Shown here piece after piece: positions 28,569 through 41,211 of a stretch of 64,000 bases of DNA. The DNA lies in the NCBI GenBank assembly GCA_965240325.2, contig OZ251227.1, positions 1,488,001 through 1,552,000 on the forward strand, written 5' to 3'. The stretch comes from Rebecca billardiae RCC1528. Its lineage: Eukaryota > Protista > Haptophyta. A program made the position numbers and the translations under genes. The notes below the pieces were generated by a model that did no database searches, was not told the origin of the DNA, and was given only the letters and a program-made list of their open reading frames with translations. Position 1 is the first letter of the stretch; each line of letters begins with the position of its first letter.

Positions 28569-28946
28569 CGCAAGGGATTGGGCGGGGCGGTGTCGTTCGG
28601 CGGACGGACGCGGGACTCGGGGTTCGGGTGGAGCGCGTGGGCGATCTCGGCGTCGGCGGGTCGGGCGGACGTGGGAGGCGTCGACCGGTCCCGAAGTCCG
28701 GGTCCGGAGCAAGCGACCGGATTTCTCAGCGGAAATAAGCTGTCAAAGTCGAAAGTCACGTTTGCGCGAACAATCATTGCCCAATAATATGCTGCACCCA
28801 CAATCATGATTAGACTAAATTCGAGCGCGGGCAGGCCAAGTCTTGAGCGGGCGCGGACGCCGGGTGGACGCGGGCGCCATCGCGGAAGACGAGGTGTTTG
28901 CCACTGGCCACCGGGTTGCGCCCAGCCCCTCTTGGCCGGGGCGGCG

Positions 28947-31900
28947 ATGCTCGCCCTTCCGCTCAAGCAGACCAAGCCGGTGGACTGGGAGAAGCTGCTC
29001 CACCGCTTCGTGGCGCAGAACTACTCGGAGGAGGTGCGCCGGGCCATCGCTCCCGCGGTCGGGGTGGGCGCGGCCCCAGCTGACGCGGCCCGCGCTTGCC
29101 GCGCGGCGGCCGCGCGCAGGTCGCGGAGAAGCATGCGCGGCGCTTCGAGGAGGTGCACGAGCTGCGCACCAAGGTAGCGGCCACGTCGTCGCTCACCGAG
29201 AAGAATTCGCCGACGTACAAGGAGACGCTCATCAAGTGCGCGCCGCGCGCCGCGCGCCGCGGCGCGCGCCCGAATCGGCGCGCGCCGACGCGGCCGCGCG
29301 CGCCCTTCCCCCGGGCAGGTACCACGCGGTGCTCCACTCGATGAGCTCGCGCTTCGGCGCCTCGGCCGAGGCCCACGGCCGAGAGAACGTGCGCGCCGCC
29401 TGCTGCTCGCCGCCTCCCCGCCTCCCCCTCCGAGCGCGGCGCGCGCTCCGGGGGCGTGCGCGCGCGCGCGCTCAGAGCGCGCCACGGCGCGCGCGCGCGG
29501 CTGCGGGCGGTCTCGGCGCGCAGATGAACGTGTCGTTCGAGTGGAAGGACTCGTTCTACGCCTCGTTCAAGTCCGCGCAGTACGACATCCGGTACGAGCG
29601 CGCCGCGGTGCTGTGGAACCTCGCGGCCGTGTACTCGTTCCAGGGCACGATGACAAAGCGCGACGACTCTGAAGGCATCAAGCGCGCGTGCCACCTGTTC
29701 CAGCAGGCGGCGGGCGTGATCGGCGTGGTCGCCGAGGTCGCGCGCGCGTGCGAGTGGGAGGCGTGCACCGTCGACCTCTCCACCGACTCGCTCGAGGCGA
29801 TGCAGCAGCTGATGCTCGCGCAGGCGCAGAAGTGCTTCTACGAGAAGGCCGAGCAGGACGGCATGCGCGAGAGCATCATCGCAAAGGTGGCGCAGCAGGC
29901 GGCGGCGATCTACGAGGACGTGCTCGTGCGCATGCGCACGCCCAAGCTCAAGAACAACCTGGACAAGGGCTGGCCGCAGGTCGCCGAGTGGCAGTCGCTC
30001 TACTTTTGCGCGGCCGCGCACTGGCACGCGTCCGCAGAGCACCTCGCTCTCCACCAGTACGGCCTGCAGGTCGGCCGGCTGACGGTGGCGAACGAGCGGC
30101 TGCAGAGCCTGCTCAAGCTGGCGCGCGGCGCGCCCGCCGACGTGCTCGAGCGGTACACGAGCATGGCCAAGAAGGTCTCCGCCAAGCACGCCGAGGCCGC
30201 GCGCGACAACGACACGGCGTACAATGAGCTCGTGCCAAAGCAGGGCGCGCTGCCGCCCATCGAGGGGAAGGCGTTCGCCAAGATCACCGCGCCGCCCGAG
30301 CTCGAGCCGCGCGCGCCGGCGGAGGACCCGTTCCGCGAGCTCGTCCCCTTCGAGGTGATGCAGGAGGCCTCGATCTTCACCTCGCGCGTCGACGACGCGG
30401 TGCGCGACATCAAGGAGGCGGCGCACGCGCACGCGTCGATTGTGAGCGCCGAGCTCGAGGCGATGGACCTGCCGCAGGCGCTGCAGGCGTGCGAGACGGA
30501 CAACGACATCCCGGCGAAGCTGCGCATCGAGATCGAGCGCGTGCAGCGCGCCGGCGGCTCCGCCGCGCTCGCCGCCGCGATCAAGCAGCTCGGCACCCTC
30601 TCCGAGGACGCGCGCTCGCTCTCGCTCTCGGTGGAGAGCGTGCTCGAGGTCGAGGCGGGCGCGGACGCGCAGCTCAGCGCCGTGCACGGCGGCCGGTACA
30701 GCGCGCTGCCCTCGTCCGCGCTGACGGCGGAGCTCGGCGCGGACCTGGGCGCGCTGCGCGCCAAGCTGGACAACGCCGCCGCCGCCGACGCCGAGCTCGC
30801 CGGCCGCTTCGCCTCGAAGAAGGAGGCGCTGCGGATCCTCGAGCTGCCTGTCGACACGCTCGCGCAGCAGGTGCCGCGCGCGGGCGACTCGAACGGCGGC
30901 ACCAAGCTCGCCGACCTGCAGTGCACGCGTGACCTGTCCGCGCTGCTCGACCAGCTCGACGCGCTGCGCGCCGAGCGCGACCGCCTCGTCGCCGACGCGC
31001 GCGAGCACGCCTCGCGCGAGGACATCACCAACGCCCTCGTGCACCGGGGGGACAGGCCGGCAGCGCAGGTGCGCGCACCGCACGCGCGCACCGCACGCGC
31101 ACGCGCGCGCCGCGCCGTGTGCGACCGCCCGGCCCCGCCCGGCCCCGCAGCGCACCGCCCACTCGTGCCCCGCCCGCGCACCCGCCGTGGCCCGCCCCGC
31201 GCTGTGCTAGATCCACGAGGAGGCGCTCGAGAAGTACGACGTGATGCTCGCGCGCGCCGCGTGCATGCTGGACGAGCAGGCCGCGCTGCTGGGCGCGATC
31301 CACCGCGAGAACGACGCGTTCACGCACGCGCGCATCGCCGAGGGCGCGAACAGCCGGCGCGAGGACCTGTTCCGCGCGCTGAACGGCGCGGTCGGCGCGT
31401 ACGACGACATGTCGACCCAGCTCTCCGAGGGCGTGGCGTTCTACACCGGCATCATGGACCGGCTGGCCGACCTGCAGCAGCGCGTGACTGACTTGGCGGA
31501 GGCGCGCGCCATCGAGCGACGCGAGCTGCTCGCGCAGGCCAGCGCGCCGCCGCCGCCGCCGCCGGCGAGCATGGCCGTGCCAGCGTGCGGCGCGCAGCCG
31601 GCGTGGGCGATGGCGGCGGCCGCCGCGCCCGCGCCGCCCGTGCACCACACGCCGAACGGCGCGTACCCGGGGCAGCCTGCGCATGGCGCGGCCGCGGCCG
31701 GCGGCGGCGCCGGGGCAGGCGGCGGCGGCGGCTCGCCGTATGCGCCCAGGCCTCATCAGCCGCTGCCGGCGCACGCGCAGCCGCAGCCGCAGCAGTACGC
31801 GCCGCCTCAGCACTCGGCGCCGATGCCGCAGCCGATGGCGCAGCCACTGGCGCACGCGTACGCATCGCATGCGCCCTCGCCACAGCCGCCGCACGCGTGG

Positions 31901-32143
31901 GCCGCGGCGGCGCCGCCACCACCGCAGCACCAGCCGTCGTGGCCCGCCGCGAGCGCAGCGCAGCCCCCGCCGCCGCCGATGCAGCAGCAGCCGCTGCCGC
32001 AGCACTACGCGCCGCCGCCGTCGATGCACGCGCCCAACGGCGGCGGCGCGCCGCCACCGCCGCCCGCGTCCGAGCCGCTGTCCCCAGACATGCTCAAGGC
32101 GCTCGAGCTCTCGCGCATCACGCACGCAGAGGAGATGTCGCGC

Positions 32144-32192
<49 letters not shown>

Positions 32193-32623
32193 GCGGCATG
32201 GGAGGCAGCGGCTACAGCACCAGCTATGCCGCCCCGCCGGTGCCACCGGCCAGCTTCGCGCTACCCGCGCCAGCGGCGCAACCGCCGCCGGCGAGTCATG
32301 CGCCCCGCAGCTACGCGCAGCCGCCGCCAATCCCGTACTCGGGCGCGCAGGTACAGGCCCCGCCGCCGCCGCCGCCGCCGCACGTCAGCGCTGCGCCGCC
32401 GCCGCCGTCCTCGCTGTACGGGGCGCCAGTGCCGCCGTCGCAGATGCAGCCGCCGGCACGGTACGGAATGCCCGCCCCGCCGCCGCCATTCCAGCCGCCG
32501 GGTGGCGCTGGCTCGGCGCTCAACCCGGTGACCGCGCTCAACCCCGCGCCGATGGTGCGGCCATCACCCGCGTATGCACCCGCGCCTCCTCCGCCACCGT
32601 TTCATCATGGCGCCGGCTTTTGA
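28947..32623 (+). CDS. PDCD6IP: ALIX/Bro1 ESCRT accessory protein (Bro1 + V domain + Pro-rich tail), 5 exons
   Basis: 'LPLKQT', 'FEWKDSF', 'YERAAVLWNLAAVYS', 'LMLAQAQKC', 'RDNDTAY'. Introns at 29034-29119, 29236-29318, 29389-29523 and 31069-31210 keep the frame. P/Q/Y-rich C-terminus. Confidence 0.9.
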
Positions 32624-32657
32624 GGACTCCTAATAATGATAGCACCGCGCGCGGGCC

Positions 32658-32700
<43 letters not shown>

Positions 32701-33304
32701 AGAGAGAGCTAGAGAGAGAGAGAGAGTATGCGGCCCGCGTTGCAGGCGGGCGGCGGCCGCCAACTGTCACCGCCCATGTTGATGTAAGTGATTAGTGTCT
32801 AGTGAAGCCGTCGTAACCGATTATCATTATAGGCGGCGGATATATTATATTTTATTAACGCGCGGGTATCATATATGTCTTACTTGATATGCGCGCACTG
32901 CATCAGCACAATATATAATACGAGCATCGGGAGCAACCTCGCGGCCTCGCGAGTCGCGAGCGACCGCCCGCCCGGCCCGGCGGGAAGGACAAAAAGCCCA
33001 CGAATAATTTCAGGGGTCGCGCCCTTGACGGCTGTCGGTCGGTCGCGCGACGAGCGGCTAGCGTGCGGCACAAGCAAACGAAGCAGCGCCCGAATGCTGG
33101 TGGCAAACGGCATCGTCCCGCTGTCCCGCGGGGCGCGCGCCTCACGCACGCCGCGGAGAGGGGCTTGGGTCGGGACGCCCCGCGCGGCGGCTGCGTGCCC
33201 TGTGAGACGTGCGCTGCGCTTTGGGCCGGGCCGTGTGGCGCCAGGCGTTGTCTTCGCCGAGCCGCCTACGGCCGCCGCGTGCGTGCGGGAACCGAGCGAC
33301 GTGT

Positions 33305-35524
33305 CTAGCGCCCTCGCCCTGGAGGCGGGCGGCGCGCCGAGGCGGAGGAAGCCTGGGCACCGCGCCCGCCCTGCCCCCCTCCTCCTCCTCCTCCGCCGTC
33401 GCCGCCTCCGCCGCCGCCGCTGCGGCGGGCGCCGCCACCGCCGCCGCGGCTGCTGCTGCCTCGCGGGGGGCGGGCGCTGCCCTGCGCGCCGCGCGAGGGG
33501 TACGCGCCCTTCCCCGGCCCGCCGCCTCCCGCGCCCCCGCCCCCGCCGCTGCGGATCCTGCTGCCGCCGCGCGGAGGCGGCGGGCGTGCTCCGCTGTGCG
33601 CGGCGCGCGATGCAGACGACGGCGCCTTGCCGAGCACGCGCAGCCCGCGCACGCCGCGCAGCCCCATCTTGCCCACGACCTGCGCCTTGAGGGCAGGCGG
33701 CTCGTCCAGCCTGGAGCAAAGGCGGGCGCGCGGCGGCGGGGGTCCGGGGCGCGGCCCGCGCGTGAGCCAGGCCGCGCAGGGGCGGCGGGTCGCGCGGCCC
33801 GGGCCGCGCGTGACAGGCGCACTCGCGGCGCGCGGCCGGCCGGCGGACGCGACGGCACGCCGAGCGGTGCGCGGTCGTGGGCGCAGCGGGCAGCCAGCCC
33901 TCCGCCCGCACCCGAGGTGGAGCGCAAACTCGTTGGCACGCTCGACCAGATCGTCCGAGGACCACTTGAGCGGCTTGCACACGCCTTTGTAGTAGCCCAG
34001 CCACGACTGGTAGGCCATCGTGGCGAGAGTGGAGCACCCTGGCCCGCCGGCGCCGCTGCCGGCGCCGTGGGCGTCGGCAGAGTCGTCCGGCTCGGCCAGC
34101 CGGCGGAGCGCCCCCGCGTACCCCGCGGGCGGCGGCCCGCCCGGCGCGCAGTAGAACGGGCTGCCCGGCGTCCATGGCTCGATCGGGAGGTCGGACAGGT
34201 CGCGGAGCAGCCGCGCCTCGGTGGTCGCGAGGAGGAGCAGCCCTGTCCCGTCCTTGCCCGCGCGCGCCGAGCGGCCGGTGCGGTGCACGTACTGCGCGCG
34301 GCTCGAGGGCGCGCCCATCTGCAGCACGAGCCGCACGTCTGGGTAGTCCACGCCGCGCGCCGACACGTCGGAGGAGAAGAGCACGGCGCTCTGCGCCGCG
34401 CGGAAGGCGGCGGACGCCTTGTCCCGCGCCTTCTGCGTCTTGCGAGAGTGGATCTCGAGGACGGGCAGCCCGGCGTCCGCCGCGAGCTGCGCGTACAGCT
34501 GGGTGAGCCGCGCGGTCGGGAAGAAGACGATACCCTTGCCAGGCCGAGCGTCGCGCTCCTCGGCCGCGCACTCCGGCTCGGAGCCCGGCTTCGTCAAGCG
34601 GCGGAGGACGCGGAGCATCGTCGGCGCGAGCTCGGCGGGCGGCAGCGTCGCCGAGAACTGCTCGAGCGCGTCCGCCGTGCGGTCCTTCCCCGCGCCGACG
34701 CAGTCGACCGTCTGGCTCGCCTCGCCCGAGCGCAGCGCGTGCCTCGCCACCTCGCGCACGTCGTCGGTGAGCGTGGCCGTGTACAGCATCGTCTGCCGCT
34801 TGGCCTTGGGCGGGAGCGCGGCGAGGATGAGGTCGAGGTCGCGCTTGAAGCCCATGTCGAGCAGCGCGTCCGCCTCGTCGAGCACGAGCGTGCGCGCCGA
34901 GCCCACCGCCTTGCCGAACCCGGGGGTGTTCTTGATGTGGTCGCACAGCCGACCGGGCGTGCTCACGAGCACCTCGCTCAGCCCGCGCGCCGCGAACCGC
35001 TTGGTCTCGCGTGCGATGGGCGTGCCGCCCACCATGCACTGCACGTTGAAGGCGGGGACCATGTGCTCCCGCAGCCGACTCGCCTCGGACGCGGTCTGCG
35101 CCGCGATCTCGCGCGTGGGGCAGAGCACGATCACGCTCGCGTACCCGCTGCGCACGGCCTCGCGCCGGCGCGCGAGCCGCTCGAGCGCGGGCACGAGGAA
35201 GGCGAGGGTCTTTCCCGTGCCCGTCTTCGCGCGCACAAGCACGTCACTCCCCTCCAGGCAGATGGGGATCGTCGCCGCCTGCACGGGGCTGCAGTACTCG
35301 TAGCCGAAGCCGTTCGCGAGCGCCTGCTGCGTCCCCGGGAGCAGCGGGAGGTCTGCAAAGCGCACGCCCGAGCGGAGGACGGAGGCGACATCGCTCGCGG
35401 TGGCCATGCCGCGCGTCGCAACGGTGCGCATGCCGGCCTTGCGAACGTGCAGCCGCGCGGCGAGCGTCAGCTGGGACCCGATGAGGGCGACGACGATGCG
35501 ACGGGCATGGCGCTGGATCGGCAT
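33305..35524 (-). CDS. DEAD-box RNA helicase, Mss116/DDX18-like, with G/R-rich tail
   Basis: Q motif 'SPVQ', AKTGTGKT, PTREIA, TPGRL, DEAD, TAT (motif III), ARGVD, HRTGRSAR, 'AYQSWLGYY'. Intron at 33711-33911. Confidence 0.9.
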   Translation of the reverse strand: MPIQRHARRIVVALIGSQLTLAARLHVRKAGMRTVATRGMATASDVASVLRSGVRFADLPLLPGTQQALANGFGYEYCSPVQAATIPICLEGSDVLVRAKTGTGKTLAFLVPALERLARRREAVRSGYASVIVLCPTREIAAQTASEASRLREHMVPAFNVQCMVGGTPIARETKRFAARGLSEVLVSTPGRLCDHIKNTPGFGKAVGSARTLVLDEADALLDMGFKRDLDLILAALPPKAKRQTMLYTATLTDDVREVARHALRSGEASQTVDCVGAGKDRTADALEQFSATLPPAELAPTMLRVLRRLTKPGSEPECAAEERDARPGKGIVFFPTARLTQLYAQLAADAGLPVLEIHSRKTQKARDKASAAFRAAQSAVLFSSDVSARGVDYPDVRLVLQMGAPSSRAQYVHRTGRSARAGKDGTGLLLLATTEARLLRDLSDLPIEPWTPGSPFYCAPGGPPPAGYAGALRRLAEPDDSADAHGAGSGAGGPGCSTLATMAYQSWLGYYKGVCKPLKWSSDDLVERANEFALHLGCGRRAGCPLRPRPRTARRAVASAGRPRAASAPVTRGPGRATRRPCAAWLTRGPRPGPPPPRARLCSRLDEPPALKAQVVGKMGLRGVRGLRVLGKAPSSASRAAHSGARPPPPRGGSRIRSGGGGGAGGGGPGKGAYPSRGAQGSARPPRGSSSRGGGGGARRSGGGGGGDGGGGGGGGQGGRGAQASSASARRPPPGRGR

Positions 35525-35660
35525 CGTGGCTTCCGATCGAGGCCTCGAGGCGGGCCGGAAGGGTATTCGGGCCTTTTTTGGTTTTGGCGGGCGTGACGAC
35601 GCTTCCGTTTGACCCGGACTCCGGAGCGCCGGTCCGGGAGTCAGCCACGTCAGCGCAGTC

Positions 35661-36668
35661 ATGGCGGCCGTCGGACGACGCCTGGTGCTCATCGTGATCG
35701 TGCTGTGCATCGCAGCATGCAGCGCGAGTGCGCGCTCGAGGCCCACCTGGGTGGACGACCTTCTTGACCCGCTGCCCGTGGTATCGCAGGTGAAGACGGT
35801 ATGGCACCTCTTCAGGAACGAGAAGGCGCAGGCGATCGCGACGCAGGACCGGTTCACCAAGCGCTGCCCTGGGATGAGCCAGCTGCGCTCTCTGTTCGAG
35901 GCGCTCGAGGGCGACACGCAGTCAGCCAGGCAGACACAGGAGGACTTTCTCAACCAGCCCAGCGAGTTTGTCAAGAACTTCATCGCGAGGGAGAGCATCA
36001 AGGAGGCGGAGGTGCTGGGGCTCTCGCTCAAGAATCAGGCGCTGCTCGAGCTCGAGCGGCTGATGGACGACGCGGTACGCAGGCTGCCCACGCAGTCCAA
36101 GGTGTTCTTCATGCAGGCGGCGCAGGCGTTCACCACCATGTGTCTCGTCTGGGCCATCTTCCGCAGCTCGAGCCTGCGCGAAGTGCTGCTGACCGCGGCC
36201 AAGGCGCTCGCATGCATCACGGTGCTGATCGTTCTCGACGTGTGCCTGACCGCCGCCCTCGAGGAGATCCATCACGACTTCGACGCCGCACCGCGCGGGG
36301 CATGCTGCGAGTGCCCGCAGCCGCTCTCGCCCGTGCGCCGGGCGACCGCAGCCGCGGCAGCCGCGACAACCTTGGCGACGGACGCTGCCACAGCCCTGTC
36401 GGACAAGCTGGTGGCTGTCAACCCGGCACTTGCGCCCTCGCCCCCGCCCACTCGAGCGAGCAGCAGCAGCATTGGCGCCACAGCCTGGAGCATATCCGCG
36501 TTGAGCGAGGGCGGCAGTGAGCCTGGCGTTCCTCCGCCCGCGGATCACGCCTCGACCGGCGCGAAAGCGGCGGCTGATGCTGCAAGGCCAGCCGCTCACG
36601 GGCATGGCGCTGTTCGGAGAAGTAGCAGCAGCAGCTTCAGCGGCCTGCGGTTGCGGGGAGCTAGATGA
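35661..36668 (+). CDS. Secreted/membrane protein with duplicated P-x-x-SQ...A..TQ..F unit
   Basis: Signal-like N-terminus, 'PVVSQVKT..AIATQDRF' and 'PGMSQLRS..ARQTQEDF', then two TM-like segments. Confidence 0.65.
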   Translation: MAAVGRRLVLIVIVLCIAACSASARSRPTWVDDLLDPLPVVSQVKTVWHLFRNEKAQAIATQDRFTKRCPGMSQLRSLFEALEGDTQSARQTQEDFLNQPSEFVKNFIARESIKEAEVLGLSLKNQALLELERLMDDAVRRLPTQSKVFFMQAAQAFTTMCLVWAIFRSSSLREVLLTAAKALACITVLIVLDVCLTAALEEIHHDFDAAPRGACCECPQPLSPVRRATAAAAAATTLATDAATALSDKLVAVNPALAPSPPPTRASSSSIGATAWSISALSEGGSEPGVPPPADHASTGAKAAADAARPAAHGHGAVRRSSSSSFSGLRLRGAR

Positions 36669-37635
36669 GGGCGAACCACTCAGAGCTCGGCGCAGTGATG
36701 AGACGGTAGCATACATCAGGTGCTACTATGTGCGCCCTCTGAGATGTGCGCTAGGATGATATACTATATACAGTGTACCGTCCGCGTGATCCGTCCGGGA
36801 TGCCGTTATAGATCGGCCTTCGTCGCCACTACTCCTCACTCGGTCGAGAACACAAGTGGCAGCCTACGGTGATGGTACCGCACCCGCGACGACGAGGAGT
36901 CGCGAAAGACGACTCATATCAGTCTCAGAGTCAGACGCGATCTATGATTCACTCCGGAGTCCGACAGGCTCTAGCTTGATGATCACTCCTCCACGGCCGT
37001 GATTACTCGAGTCTCGAATCGACTGCGACGAGACGAGCCGACGACTGTCACTCAACTCATCAGTGAGTGACGACGATGTCATGATTGACTCGTCATGTCG
37101 TCATGTGGCGATCTGACATCATCATGTCGATCATCAGTCGGTCTGACGATCACTGATTAGGCTGAAAGCCCGCTGAACTACTACCGTAGGGAGAACAGCA
37201 GCAGTCAATAAGCGGCCGTTGACATCTGCCGGCGCGGCACGACACTCGTATACTACCTAAGTTATACCGCGAGTAAATAGCAGACGACGATCGGACTACG
37301 ACGCGACGAGTCCCGATGACGACTCGCGATTGGCATCGGAGCGGCACTCCGGTCAGGGCCAGCCCGTGCCGACGCCTCAAGCCCGCAACGTCTCGGGTAA
37401 CTGAGGTAAGTCGAGCCTCGAGCCGTCACCGAGGGGATGACCGGAGAGTCGCGGGCGGAGGGTGGGGAAGGCGGTGCCCGCACGCGTGGTCCTGCGCACC
37501 GCCGTGCACCTTTCAGACCTCGCGACCCATTCGGCTGACGGCTGTGCCGGCGCGGCGTGGACCGCTTGGGATTCACCTCGACGAAAATCTGCACGCCGTC
37601 GTGACACGCCGCCACGCGCTCGCGCGGCTCACGAC

Positions 37636-40575
37636 TCAGAGCTCGTCCTTCGTGCCCACCGCCGCCCCAGCGGCCGCCGCGCTGGCTCGCAGCGAGCGGA
37701 GCGTCTCGCTCGCGCTGCTGAGGTCGGCGTCCGAGCACGCGGCCGGCGTGCTGAACGTCATCGCGTACTTGCACATCTCGGGCTCGGAGACGGAGTGCAC
37801 GGCGGCGGTGGCGCCGCACTCGACCGTGACGGTGGTCTGGCGCTCGGGCCCCGACCAGCAGCGCTGGCCCCCCTTGTACAGCATGCGCCGGTACTCGGCG
37901 CCCTCCCAGCTGTCAGCCGCCCACTTGCCCAGCTCGGCGATCACGCGCGAGCCCTGCTTCTGCGCCACCTTGTCGAAGGGGCACAGCTCGTACACGTACT
38001 CGCCCGCGTCGACCGCGAGGCAGGTGCCGTGCGCGTGGCGGAACTCCGAGTGCGGGCCGTAGTCCATCGAGGCGCGCGCCTTGATCTCCTGCGGGGCGGC
38101 GGGAGGCGGCGGCGGGGCGCGGATGGGGCCGCGCGCGTGGCGCACGCCATGCTGAGCGCACGCGCGGCGCAGCGCCCCGCGCCGGGAGCGCGCGCGCCGA
38201 TGCGCCGCGCGCGCGGCGGGGCCGGTGCAGGCGCCGGTGCGCGCGCACGTTGATCCGTCTCTCCAGCTCGCGCTTGCGCTCGTTCAGACGCCTGCTCTCC
38301 GCACGCACACCCTGGAGCTCTGCGCACGCGCGGTGGGTGTGGCGCGGAGGAGAGGGGGGGCGCGAGGGGAGGGGCGTCGGGCACACGCGCGAGTGCTCCC
38401 GTGGCACGTGGGGACTGGCGGGCGGGCGAGCCCCGTGCAACCCCGGCTGCGACCGCGGCCGAGCGGCGGGCTGCGCCGCGCGGCCCCGCGCCTCCCCGCT
38501 GCCGCGGCTGCGGGGGCAGCGTGCGCGTGGCCGCCCAAGACGCGCGCGCGGCAGGCGGCGGCCGGCCTGGCCGCGGCGCGCCGAGCCGAGGCAGCGCTGC
38601 GGCGGTCGGCCGGGGAGGCAGCGCCGACGCCGCGCGTGCCTCCGAGGTCTCCGCCGGCCGCCTTGAGGTACATCACACGCAGCCGATGGAAGAGGCCAGG
38701 CACGGCCCGCTGCGCCCACCGCGACGCTGTGGAGAGCAGGCTGCTGGCGCCCTGGGCGGAGGGCGGAGCGCTCGCTGTGCCCAGAGAGGCGAGCGGAGCC
38801 ACGAGATGGCAGCCAGCCACGAGCGGCGGCGCCGAGAAGCAGCGGCAGCGCGCGCGTGGGGTGCGGCCACCGCGTCGGCTTGGAGGTACGCGGGTGCGCG
38901 CGCCATGCGTGCGCTCGGCAGCGCCCGGTGCGCGCGCGCGAGCAAGCAACCGAGCTGCACCTCGCGGGCTGCGTGCGCGCGCTGCCATCTCGAGCGCACG
39001 CTGCCGCCACCGGCAGAGGCCCCTTCTCCCGCACCCCCCCCCCCCCCCCCCCTCAGTGCGGGCCCACGCGTGTGTGCGCGCGCAACTCTCGGCGTGCGCG
39101 GTGCGTGCCAGGCCCGGGGCAGTCCCCCGCTTGGGCGCGCACGGCGCGCGCCCGCGCGTGAGCGCGCGCTCACCTGTTGGGGCGCCGTCGTCCTCGTCGA
39201 GGTCGTCCGCACCCTCGTCGTCTGCGTACGGGTCGTAGTCGTCGTCGTCGTCCTCCGGCTCCGGCGAGAAGTAGTCGTCGTCTCCCGCGTACGCGTCGCG
39301 CTCGGCCTCGTCATCCCCCGCGCCGAGATCGTCATCTCCCGCGCCGAGATCGTCATCTCCCTCGTACTGGCCGCCGTACTCGTCGTCGTCGTACTCAGCT
39401 GGGTAGTCGTCGCCCTCGTGCGGGGAGGGCACGTCGTCGTCGTCGTACTCCGGCGGCATGTAGTCGTCGTCGCCTTCGTACTCTGGCGGCACGTAGTCCT
39501 CCTCGTCGTCGTACGCGGGCATGTAGTCGCCCTCGCCCTCGCCCTCGCCCCCGCCCCCACCCTCACCCTCACCCGCTCCGGCGGCCGGCTGCTCAGCGGC
39601 GGCGCCCGCCGCTCCGTCGGCGCTCGGCCGATCGTCCTCAGACGGGTCGACTCGCATCCACGACTGCCTCCAGCTCTCCTCCCCACCGTCGGCGGCAGTG
39701 CCGTCGTCAGCGGCGGTGTCAGCGGCCGCGTCAGCGGTGGGCCCCGCACCCCCTTCGGCAGCGGAGTCCGGGCCGGCACCATCGGCCGGTGGCTCGGCTC
39801 GCGGTGTGTCGCCGCTGCCAGCGGCCGCCCCGTCGCCGCCCTCTGCAGCGCCGCCCGCGTCGGGCTGTGCGGCGTCGTGCTCGGCGAGCTCGCCCTCCGG
39901 CTGCTCCGCCGCGCGCCTCGCCTCTTCCTCCTGCCGCCTCGCCTCCTCCTCCTCTTTCCTCCGCGCCTCCTCCGCCGCCTTGCGCGCGCGCTCCGCCTCC
40001 TCGAGCACGTCCAGTCGCGCGGTCACGTTCGACAGCTCGGTGCTCAGCTGCTCGAGCGAGGACTCGAGCTCGACGAGCTCGGTCTGGTCCTTGGTCGCGC
40101 CCTCGCGCGACGCGTCGACCCAGGCGCGCTTCTGCTCCAGCGCGGCCCGCAGCCCGGCCTCCTTGGACTCGTAGTCCTTCAGCGCCGCGGCGGCGAGCGA
40201 TGCGCACGTGTTGGGGCACCGCTGCGTCGGGTGGGTGGCCTCGTCGCTGCCGTCGCAGCAGTCGCACAGGCCGTCGCGCACGCGCGAGGAGAAGATGTGC
40301 GCGCCAAAGTACCCCCGATTCTCGCAGTAGAAGCGCCCGGCGGAGCACGCAGACGTGCCGGGCTCGTCGGAGCCGTCGTGGCAATCGCAGTAGTCATCGT
40401 TGACGTGGTCGAGCGGCACAGTGGCGCTGCCGTCCGCGCATGTGAACGTGCCCGAGGCTCCGGCGTACCGCGCCATGTCCGCTGGGGCGACGCCTATCAC
40501 GCTTCCGTGCGCCACCGCCGCCGCGCCTGCGGCGACGGCCGCCGCCAAGATGGCCACGGGCCGCCTCGTCGTCAT
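37636..40575 (-). CDS. PRKCSH: Glucosidase II beta subunit (PRKCSH/GTB1), multi-exon
   Basis: Signal peptide, 'VNDDYCDC.DGSDEPGTSAC..FYCEN..VRDGLCDCCDGSDE', acidic stretch, MRH exon 37636-38088 ('YVYELCPF..GQRCWSGPER..EPEMCKY') and C-terminal KDEL. Internal exon boundaries between 38089 and 39173 are uncertain. Confidence 0.92.
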
Positions 40576-40725
40576 CGGTGGCGGGCGGCGGCGTCGCGAC
40601 GCCCAGATCTGCGTGGGCTCTGGACGATCATTCTTGTCGCTGCTGCTGCAGTGCCGGCTGCCCGGCTTGCGTGCGGGCAGTGTGACGCCCAGCATGGCTG
40701 CCGCATTGCGCGGGCGGAGCGAGTG

Positions 40726-41211
40726 ATGCTCTTCGACGACGGCGAAGAGCCGCCAGACGAGACAGACGACGAGGGTGACGCCCCTCAGCCTGAGGAGCAG
40801 CACTCTGCGAACGCACTCGCCGATCTGCGCCATCCGTCGTGGACTCCCCTTCGGCCGACTGGAGCAGATGGCATGCCGATTGGTATGGTCGAACGACCGC
40901 GCGCGAGAGCACAACGTCAGTCTGTCGCTGACTTCGTCTTCGGCCCGTGCGCATCCGCGAATAGCACCGCGACGCGTCCTGCAATCAGCCACCGCCGAGC
41001 ACGTCGTGACGAGTCAGAGGTCGAGGCCGACGACCACAAGTGGGACGAGCGAGCACCACCCGCTTTGTACGAGTCAGTGCCGGAGGCCCCGATCTGCAAG
41101 TTCTTCCTCTCGGCCGGCGGATGCCAGCGCGCGCAATGCCGGTTCGTACATGCACAACCATCTACAGATATCCAGAAAAGGGCCCGGACAGACGACCGCA
41201 GTCGCCCGTAG
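40726..41211 (+). CDS. Small CCCH zinc-finger protein
   Basis: 'ICKFFLSAGGCQRAQCRFVH' (C-x8-C-x4-C-x3-H) after an acidic N-terminus; divergent from PRKCSH. Confidence 0.55.
   Translation: MLFDDGEEPPDETDDEGDAPQPEEQHSANALADLRHPSWTPLRPTGADGMPIGMVERPRARAQRQSVADFVFGPCASANSTATRPAISHRRARRDESEVEADDHKWDERAPPALYESVPEAPICKFFLSAGGCQRAQCRFVHAQPSTDIQKRARTDDRSRP

Noticed and set aside
21663-28787. Many long overlapping ORFs in other frames (also around 4-10, 33-40 and 58-63 kb)
   Set aside because: Stop-codon depletion at very high GC; low-complexity translations without motifs.
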